Position numbers and translations under genes: made by a program. From Polyangiales bacterium (lineage in GTDB: Bacteria; Myxococcota_A; Polyangia; Polyangiales; Houyiibacteriaceae), in the NCBI GenBank assembly GCA_045106895.1, contig JBGCFM010000191.1:1-15023 (forward strand): 15,023 nt of DNA, read 5' to 3'. Position 1 is the stretch's first letter; each line of letters starts with the position of its first letter. Positions 7,335-15,023 of the stretch are shown in pieces. The notes beneath the pieces are model-generated. The model was not told the origin of the DNA and did no database searches. It saw only the letters and a program-made list of their open reading frames with translations.

Positions 7335-7762
7335 GCGGCACTCGCTGACGAAGCTGGGCTCGGCGCGGCCGGGTATCCGTACGCCGCCACGTGTCCATGA
7401 GGAGCGACCGGCGGGACGGCGGGTGCTCGGTGCAGCGCGGAGCGGCGACGAATACGGTTGAACAAGAAGAGGTTGCCGAAGTGCATCGCAGCAAGACTCA
7501 GGAGCAGGAGCCCTAGTTTGCTGGCGAGGGTCTCCACGGCGACCTGAATACTCTCCGCGGAACCGCCGCTCATCATGAGCAGCGCGTAGCCAAAGTTGAC
7601 GAGGTAGAAGCCAACGACGAGGAGTCGGTTGACGGCCTTCGCCATCTCCGGGGATTCGAACACGTCATCGAGGAGGACCTGTCCGTGGTGAAAAAGAGTC
7701 CGTGCGAGGAAGACGGTGAGGACGAGACTCGCGAGGGCGTAGACGGCGTAGACGATAGGCAT
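7316..7762 (-). CDS. Hypothetical integral membrane protein (about 3 TM helices)
   Basis: ATG 7762 after a purine-rich tract. Hydrophobic segments IVYAVYALASLVLTVFLA, LLVVGFYLVNFGYALLMM and LGLLLLSLAAMHFGNLFLF. Overlaps the DCC gene start by 19 nt. Confidence 0.82.
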   Translation of the reverse strand: MPIVYAVYALASLVLTVFLARTLFHHGQVLLDDVFESPEMAKAVNRLLVVGFYLVNFGYALLMMSGGSAESIQVAVETLASKLGLLLLSLAAMHFGNLFLFNRIRRRSALHRAPAVPPVAPHGHVAAYGYPAAPSPASSASAAWQPVR

Positions 7763-7797
7763 GGTGTTTCTCTTTTCTTGTCGTTTTCGCGACGCGT

Positions 7798-8283
7798 TCA
7801 GAACGCGACGGGTTGAGGTACGGAGACACGTGGGGACCGAGGGCGGTCGGGCCGGAGGTAAGGCATCGAACCCTGGTAACCGACGATGAGCCCGCCGATG
7901 CCGCAGGCGACGAGGCAGAAGAGGGTCATGTAGAAACCGTTGCCGGCGATGAGCTCCGCGACGAAGAAGGCAACGACCACTGCCGCGTGGTGAGCGACGA
8001 GGAAGCGGGAGCACCCAAGAGGCTCACCGCGGTAAAGGCGGGACAAGCGAGCGACCATCATGAACGACACGCTGAAGCCGCCTAGTGACACGAGGGCGAT
8101 GAGAAGAGCGCCGAAGGGGCTGCTGTCGAAGAACATCGCCGACGCCATGAGACCACCCGGCGCAAAACCTAGGAACGTCATCGCCGCCCAGCCAGCGAGG
8201 AGCGCGCCATGAATGGGCGCTCGCCGGACGATGGGCATAGCAAGGAGGGCAGCGGCGAGGGGAATGAGCAAAAGCACGATCAT
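7798..8283 (-). CDS. Hypothetical integral membrane protein (about 5 TM helices)
   Basis: Almost entirely hydrophobic ORF co-oriented with the operon. ATG 8283 (AGAGAG upstream) preferred because TTG 8328 lies inside the operator. Confidence 0.7.
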   Translation of the reverse strand: MIVLLLIPLAAALLAMPIVRRAPIHGALLAGWAAMTFLGFAPGGLMASAMFFDSSPFGALLIALVSLGGFSVSFMMVARLSRLYRGEPLGCSRFLVAHHAAVVVAFFVAELIAGNGFYMTLFCLVACGIGGLIVGYQGSMPYLRPDRPRSPRVSVPQPVAF

Positions 8284-8313
8284 GGCGAGAACTCTCTGTT
8301 TCTGGTCCGACAC

Positions 8314-8345
8314 ATTGAACGTGTTCAACTTCGAACACGTTCAAT
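8314..8345. promoter_or_regulatory. Double palindromic operator (candidate TetR site)
   Basis: TTGAAC-GT-GTTCAA (8315-8328) and TCGAAC-AC-GTTCAA (8331-8344); together ATTGAACGTGTTC-N6-GAACACGTTCAAT. Confidence 0.8.
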
Positions 8346-8373
8346 ATATGCGAACGATTCCGGTCCGCGTCAA
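8343..8373 (-). promoter_or_regulatory. Candidate sigma70 promoter for the TetR operon
   Basis: Minus strand TTGACG (8373-8368), then CATATATT beginning 17 nt later (TATATT at a 19-nt spacer), overlapping the edge of the operator. Confidence 0.55.
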
Positions 8374-8462
8374 GGCTTCGTGGCGCTTTTTCGGCTTTTT
8401 CGACATTCCGAGTGCGCAGAGCGCTCTATCGACGGCCGAGAGAATCACGCTAGGCTCAGCAC

Positions 8463-9713
8463 ATGGAGACGCAGCAGGACGAGCTCATCTACGACTGGAA
8501 CGAAGTCGAACGGCGGGGGCCGATCATTCGAAGGCGCCAGTTTCAGATTCACGACGAGACCCTGCGCGACGGCATTCAGAATCCCTCCGTCGTCGACCCA
8601 GGCATCGGTGACAAACTTGAGATCCTTCATCTCCTCGACGAGGTCGGCGTCTACAGCACGGATGTCGGTCTGCCCGGCGCGGGTCAGCGTGCCTTCGAGG
8701 ACGTCCTCCGTCTCTGCCAGGAGATCGGCCAAGAGAAGCTGAACATTCTGCCAAGTTGCGCAGGTCGAACGCTCATCAGCGACATCGCGCCGATGGTTGA
8801 AGTCAGCCAGAAAGCCGGCATGCCCGTCGAGGTCATGACCTTCATCGGCTCGTCGCCGGTTCGCCAGCTCGCCGAGAACTGGTCGAAGGAGCTCATCATC
8901 GAGCGCTCCATCAAGGCCATCGACTTCGCCGTCAAAGAAGGGCTGCCGGTCACGTTTGTCACCGAAGACACGACGCGTTCCCGGCCTGCAATTCTCACGG
9001 ATCTTTTCCGAGCCGCCATCGACCACGGTGCGACACGTCTTTGCCTCTGCGACACCGTTGGCCACGTGACTCCAGACGGCGTTCGAAACCTGATGAAGTT
9101 CACGCGTCACGTCGTCGAAGGAACCGGCGCGGACGTAAAGATCGACTGGCACGGGCACAACGACCGCGGCCTCGCGCTGGCCAACTCCATCTTTGCCCTC
9201 GAGCACGGCGCAGACCGAGTGCACGGGTGTGTTCTCGGCATTGGAGAGCGCGTTGGAAACGCGGCCCTCGACCAGATCCTCATCAACCTAAAGCTCCTCG
9301 GCGAGCTCCCGAACAATGACCTCAGCAAGCTCGCGACGCTTGCCCAGAAGGTCAGCGCAGCGACACGTTTTCCGATTCCTATCAGCTACCCGGTCATGGG
9401 CGACGACGCGTTTCGAACGGCGACGGGCGTTCACGCGGCGGCCATCATCAAGGCCCATGCGATGGGCGACGACGACCTCGCTGACCGCGTCTACTCAGGC
9501 GTCCCGGCGGCGATGTTTGGTCGCAAGCAGGAGATCTGCATTGGGCCGATGAGCGGCACGAGCAACGTGACCTTCTGGCTCCAGCAGCGGAAGATCGAAG
9601 GCGACGACGCGCTCGTCCAAGCAATCCTGAAGGTTGCCAAGGCGTCGGACCACAACCTCAGTGATGACGAGGTGCATGCCGTCGTCGACCGTCACCGCCG
9701 GACTGCAAACTAG
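8463..9713 (+). CDS. leuA: 2-isopropylmalate synthase/LeuA family (DRE-TIM) enzyme, short form lacking the regulatory domain
   Basis: DETLRDGIQ, LCDTVG, HGHNDRGLA, GIGERVGNA and GVHAAAI motifs. 416 aa. Substrate cannot be established from sequence. Confidence 0.85.
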   Translation: METQQDELIYDWNEVERRGPIIRRRQFQIHDETLRDGIQNPSVVDPGIGDKLEILHLLDEVGVYSTDVGLPGAGQRAFEDVLRLCQEIGQEKLNILPSCAGRTLISDIAPMVEVSQKAGMPVEVMTFIGSSPVRQLAENWSKELIIERSIKAIDFAVKEGLPVTFVTEDTTRSRPAILTDLFRAAIDHGATRLCLCDTVGHVTPDGVRNLMKFTRHVVEGTGADVKIDWHGHNDRGLALANSIFALEHGADRVHGCVLGIGERVGNAALDQILINLKLLGELPNNDLSKLATLAQKVSAATRFPIPISYPVMGDDAFRTATGVHAAAIIKAHAMGDDDLADRVYSGVPAAMFGRKQEICIGPMSGTSNVTFWLQQRKIEGDDALVQAILKVAKASDHNLSDDEVHAVVDRHRRTAN

Positions 9714-9740
9714 CAAACCGTTTTGCGGCGGCGGAAACGC

Positions 9741-11153
9741 CTAGCCGCGAAGCGAAGGAAGAGGACCGCCACTCAGGCGAGCCAGGTCTTCGTCTCCAAA
9801 CGTGCTCATGGAGACACCCGCCGCCTCAGCGATGGTCAGCCAAAGGTTCGACAGACGCATATGCGCGCCGGATGCCGAGCGCGGGTAGAAGAGCGTGCGT
9901 CCATGGTTGAAGCCTAGGTTTTCGCCCCCTACGGCCAGAACAGGAAACTCTCTGGCGCTTGAATGGTGCGTCTCGCCGTTGTCTCCAAGGTACACGATGA
10001 GCGTGTTATCGAGGAGCGTGTCGCCGCCGTCGTCGGTGGCTTCGAGCTCGCCGGCGAGCTGAGCGATGAGGCCGACGATGCTCCCTGATACTTCGTGAAT
10101 CATCGCCCGGTGAGCTTCACTGTTGCCGGACTCATGATGGAGGCTATGGCGACCGACGGGGACGCCGGGTCGCGCCAAGGAAGGATACGACACGGCGCCA
10201 AACTCGCCCGCCGTCGCCGACGTGATCACCGCGACGTTGGTCAGGCCGAGGCGCAGCGCGGAGCTCGCCACGGCGAACTGCGCGCCGAGGGCGTCGAAGT
10301 GTGCGTTGCTGCTGAACCCGGGGTGAGCGAGGTCTGGAAGAAGTGACGTGTCCGCATCCCACTCGAGGAGAGTCCCAAGCTGGTTCTCCACGGCGAGGAG
10401 GGAGTCCCGGTAGGAGCGCAGCTTCGCCTGCTCGACGTCCGAAGCGAGGCTCCCAACGAGGGTGTGCTCGACATCTTCGCGCGCGAAGCGAAGAACCGCG
10501 GCGCGATCATCAGCGGCCAGGTCTCCCGCGACGGCGCTGAGGAATGTGTCATACGCCGCCTGCGGCTTCTGCAGAATCGCCGCGGGGTTTCCCCGACCGA
10601 GAGCACACGTTCCGCCGTTGAGTGGTGCCGCCCCGGCGCCGACGCGAAGCGCATCGAAGGGTGTGCCAAGCGCCTCCTGCAGCTGGCGCGCGAGGGCTGC
10701 GTCGATGCTCTCGCCCCCTGGGCTCCCGCCCACCGTGCGCGTGCAGCTGAGGGTCCCGTGTGAAGGCGTGTGACCGCCGCCGCCCACGAGGTTAGACAAC
10801 CCGTAGATGACCGAGGAGCGTGCTGCGAGGGGACCACGTAGGGCGCTCAGGGAGACGGCGTCGGCGAGGTCGGGAGTCACGATATCGTCGAGCAGAGCGT
10901 CGTGGGTGTAGCTTCGGTACCAGTTGCGACGAGATTCGATGGGGTCCGCCAGAAGCGGATCGATGGCCGCGCGCGCCATCGGGCTCAGCATGGCCACGGG
11001 CTCCACGCAGTTGCCTTCGAGGACGAAGACGATCCTTGGTGAGCCCGGCGGCGCCGCACGGGCTCTTCGAAGACCGCCGGGCAAGAGCGCTGGTAGAAGC
11101 GCTGCGCCGCCCGCCGCAGCGAGGGTATTTCTCAAGAATCGACGCCGGCTCAT
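9741..11153 (-). CDS. DUF1552-family protein with twin-arginine (Tat) signal
   Basis: MSRRRFLRNTLAAAGGAALLP...ARA signal, RIVFVLEGN, GRHSLHH, TLLDNTLIVY and NLWLTIAEAAGV. Start overlaps the upstream stop (ATGA, 11153-11150). Confidence 0.88.
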   Translation of the reverse strand: MSRRRFLRNTLAAAGGAALLPALLPGGLRRARAAPPGSPRIVFVLEGNCVEPVAMLSPMARAAIDPLLADPIESRRNWYRSYTHDALLDDIVTPDLADAVSLSALRGPLAARSSVIYGLSNLVGGGGHTPSHGTLSCTRTVGGSPGGESIDAALARQLQEALGTPFDALRVGAGAAPLNGGTCALGRGNPAAILQKPQAAYDTFLSAVAGDLAADDRAAVLRFAREDVEHTLVGSLASDVEQAKLRSYRDSLLAVENQLGTLLEWDADTSLLPDLAHPGFSSNAHFDALGAQFAVASSALRLGLTNVAVITSATAGEFGAVSYPSLARPGVPVGRHSLHHESGNSEAHRAMIHEVSGSIVGLIAQLAGELEATDDGGDTLLDNTLIVYLGDNGETHHSSAREFPVLAVGGENLGFNHGRTLFYPRSASGAHMRLSNLWLTIAEAAGVSMSTFGDEDLARLSGGPLPSLRG

Positions 11154-13657
11154 GGTCGAACTCCTTCCGTGGAACGGTTGGCAAAGGTCTCCGTCGCTGC
11201 CAGCGCCGCGACCATGTCGACGAAGCTGCCTCGTGCCTCGTACGCCGCTTCCATCTCCGCGAGGGTGCATTGATCCGCCAGCCTCTCGTCGCGTCCCATG
11301 AAGTAGCGAAATGCGTGACGTATCCAGCCGCGCCGAGCGAGGCGTGAGTCTGCGAGAGCTTCGACGAACTCAAAGGGGCTCGCGTAGCTTCCGTTGAGGT
11401 CTTCGCCAGCGCCCAGCGGCAGGTTGTCCAAGACGGTGCTGCCGTCCGGCTCCTGACCGTTGTCGTCTTCGCGGAAGAAGCCCGCGTGGTTGTACAGCTC
11501 AAACATATTGCCGAGCGGGTTCATGCGTTCGTGACAGGCGATGCAGCGGTTATCCAGTTCGGTGCTCACGCGCACACGCTCCCGCGCCGGCAAGTCCGGC
11601 CGCGATGGAACAAGCTGTGCTTCCACCTCGACAAACTGCAGCTGGCCGACGGTCTCGCAGAAGATCTGCTCGCGGACCCACTTACCGCGCTCGACGAGGG
11701 ACGCATCATCCTCGAAGTTCAACCCATGCGCTGCGAGCCAGGTCGGGTGAGTCAGGACGCCGCGCCTCTCCGCTTCAGGCACCTCGACCCATCGTGCCGC
11801 CTGCGTCCCGAGGACCTGCTCTTCTACGGAAAACACCAGCGGAATCTGCGTATGATCGCGTCGCACGGTGCCGCTTGTATTTCGGCAATCGCCAAAGCGG
11901 CTGCAGCCCGCGTGCGGCTCTGTGCAGTCGGCGCTGGTGGTGCACGATGGACCGTCGCCCGTCGCCGGAACATGCCAGAGCCGTCCGGTCATGAGCTCGC
12001 CCCAAAAATCTCGGCTCGAGTCTTCGTGCGTCTCCACGACGAGCCGCGCGATCCAGTCGTCGAGTTGGTGAGACAGCCGACCTTCTCGACTTCCGCCCCC
12101 CTGGAGGCTCGCGAAGGCTTCGTTGATTCGATCGAAGCTCTCGTAGCGACTCGTGGCGGACGGGTCGTCTTTGAAGACAGTGTCTGCACCCGCATAGTCC
12201 AGCCACTCCCGGAAGAAGTGCACGAAGGCGCCCGTGATCCAATACTCGCCGAGTCTTCCTGGGCCCGGCGCGTTGCCTAGCGCCAAGAGCCGCTCTTCGT
12301 CCCGTGACCAAAACGCTCGCTCAGGGTCGATTCCTCCGGCGTAGCGAAGCACCAGCTCCCGTCGCACTTCGGGGTCGTGAATGGACCCGGGTACGCCGGC
12401 AGGGATCGCCGCGGCGTCGGCGAGAAGTGCAAACCATCCGTCTTCGACACGCGCGCCGTCGATATCCGCGGCGAGGCCACCGAAGGCGGTGCTCTTGATG
12501 CTGCCAACCGGCCGGGTGGAGAGCAGCTGAGAGAGCGCGAGCGCAAGCGACTCCCCAGACATCGCATCGTCATCACCCGCCGGCTCTTCGCTCCGAAAGA
12601 CGGCGCCGGTGGTGAGCATCGCAGCTTCGCTCACCGTACGAATCGTGCGGGTTCGCTGTGAGATGTTCGTTTCTGCGGCCAACTGGCTGACCAAGAGCTC
12701 TCGGAGATGCGAGCGCTCATAGTCCGTAGGCGATCGGTGAAGAACTCCGTGGCGAAGCAGTATACCAACGAAGCCGTCAATGCAGGCGTCGTCCGGTTCC
12801 TCTTCGTTGTATATGCAGGCGACCTCGTCGCCGTTGAGCAAACTCGACTGCAAGCGCGAGTCTTCGCGTGTGAACAGCTCCGCGGCCTCGCCGAATGAGA
12901 GCATCCAGACGTTCAAGGTGGCGGAGTCGAGGGTCACTCCCTCGGAGTACGTCGAGTACGGGTGGCGCACAGGAGCCGCGAGAGGGTTGTCGTAGACCGA
13001 CGAGTAGAGACCGTCGCGCCGCCTGCCCATGGCGTGGGCAAACTGGAGCCGTTCGATGCGCCGATAACGTGCGGGAGACGAGCGGGGCGCCGATGGGTCG
13101 TCGCACTGAAAGAGCGCGTCGCGATCAAGAGTGTTTGGATCGCGCGGCAAATCGATAGGCGGCAAGCCTTCACATTCCGTCGGAGCGCCTTCGAGAATCC
13201 AATCACGAATAGCCGCGACATCATCTGGCAGCTCGTCCCAGTCGCTGCGACGCCCGGCAGGCATCAGGCCGCCGCCCTCGTCTCCTTGGAGTCCGGCCAT
13301 CTTGCGATACAGCCAGCTCGCTTCCGGGTCATTTGCGACGAGCATCCGCTCCCCGGGCCGATGCTCGCTCTCAAGGTCCGCAAGCAGGGGAACGCCCGCC
13401 GGCGTCAGGTCTGGAAATCGGCCGCCGGGCTGGTGACACGCACCGCTCGAGGCGCACGTGGTCGCAAGGTACACGAGGACTTCGCCCGCCGAGCCACACT
13501 CTGCCGGCGGCACCCACCCGTCGGAGGCAGCGCCATCAAGGCCGCCTCCAGGTCCCGCGTCGAACATAGGCGGGTCCCCGTTGTCTCCAATGGAGCCCTC
13601 GCAAGCGAGCAAAGAACACACGCACCAAATGCCCCAGAACATCCTCATCTGCTTCAT
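11150..13657 (-). CDS. DUF1592/DUF1588/DUF1585-type lipoprotein with an N-terminal cytochrome c-like domain
   Basis: Lipobox LLAC. N-terminal CASSGACH...DPEASWLYRKM...MP...AIRDWILEGA. C-terminal ERRGVLTHPTWL, VERGKWVREQIFC, CIACHERMNPLG and FRYFMGR. Start ATG 13657 (13648 or 13642 possible). Confidence 0.85.
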   Translation of the reverse strand: MKQMRMFWGIWCVCSLLACEGSIGDNGDPPMFDAGPGGGLDGAASDGWVPPAECGSAGEVLVYLATTCASSGACHQPGGRFPDLTPAGVPLLADLESEHRPGERMLVANDPEASWLYRKMAGLQGDEGGGLMPAGRRSDWDELPDDVAAIRDWILEGAPTECEGLPPIDLPRDPNTLDRDALFQCDDPSAPRSSPARYRRIERLQFAHAMGRRRDGLYSSVYDNPLAAPVRHPYSTYSEGVTLDSATLNVWMLSFGEAAELFTREDSRLQSSLLNGDEVACIYNEEEPDDACIDGFVGILLRHGVLHRSPTDYERSHLRELLVSQLAAETNISQRTRTIRTVSEAAMLTTGAVFRSEEPAGDDDAMSGESLALALSQLLSTRPVGSIKSTAFGGLAADIDGARVEDGWFALLADAAAIPAGVPGSIHDPEVRRELVLRYAGGIDPERAFWSRDEERLLALGNAPGPGRLGEYWITGAFVHFFREWLDYAGADTVFKDDPSATSRYESFDRINEAFASLQGGGSREGRLSHQLDDWIARLVVETHEDSSRDFWGELMTGRLWHVPATGDGPSCTTSADCTEPHAGCSRFGDCRNTSGTVRRDHTQIPLVFSVEEQVLGTQAARWVEVPEAERRGVLTHPTWLAAHGLNFEDDASLVERGKWVREQIFCETVGQLQFVEVEAQLVPSRPDLPARERVRVSTELDNRCIACHERMNPLGNMFELYNHAGFFREDDNGQEPDGSTVLDNLPLGAGEDLNGSYASPFEFVEALADSRLARRGWIRHAFRYFMGRDERLADQCTLAEMEAAYEARGSFVDMVAALAATETFANRSTEGVRP

Positions 13658-13824
13658 TGTACCTGTATCTCTGCAGAATCGTCCCCCCCCCACTTTTCGG
13701 ACTCGCTTTGTCAGTTTTGAGGTCGCGGCGCCTGTTCGCGGAACGAAAAAAACCCAAGCTCTCGAAGAATGTGAGTGTCCCTGAGGCGGCGTGAGGGTTT
13801 AACCTCCGCCCCAAGGGGACCTGC

Positions 13825-15023
<1,199 letters not shown>

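Noticed and set aside
7763..8014. N-terminal extension of the 7316-8014 ORF
   Set aside because: Arg/Pro-rich off-frame reading of the neighbouring membrane gene.
8381..8396. Second sigma54 promoter TGGCGCTTTTTCGGCT
   Set aside because: GG-N10-GC spacing fits, but the -12 box lacks TTGC and such matches arise easily by chance.
11154..11270. Longer start for the DUF1552 gene
   Set aside because: The Tat signal and the ATGA overlap point to 11153.

Overview
GC-rich bacterial chromosomal window, probably from a myxobacterium (inferred from the DUF1588/DUF1552-type pair, DUF2330, lipoproteins and a sigma54 promoter). In order: a 5'-truncated NodU/CmcH-family carbamoyltransferase closely followed by a Rieske non-heme iron oxygenase; a TPR lipoprotein; an elongator tRNA-Met(CAT) on the minus strand with its own promoter and terminator; an AlkA-like HhH-GPD glycosylase; a lipidated beta-barrel-like protein behind a sigma54 promoter; a 26-bp tandem duplication abutting an 82-bp imperfect palindrome; a minus-strand operon (two membrane proteins, DCC-family thiol-disulfide protein, TetR) headed by a double palindromic operator; a stand-alone short LeuA-like synthase; a heme-motif lipoprotein plus Tat-signal DUF1552 pair; and a 3'-truncated DUF2330 gene. 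I saw no integrase, transposase, CRISPR array or rRNA. The least explained features are the 82-bp palindrome with its duplication, the carbamoyltransferase-Rieske pair (with an apparent His-to-Pro change at a metal ligand), the TetR operon and the atypical CX5CH motif. Family calls come from recognising motifs by eye; no searches were run.
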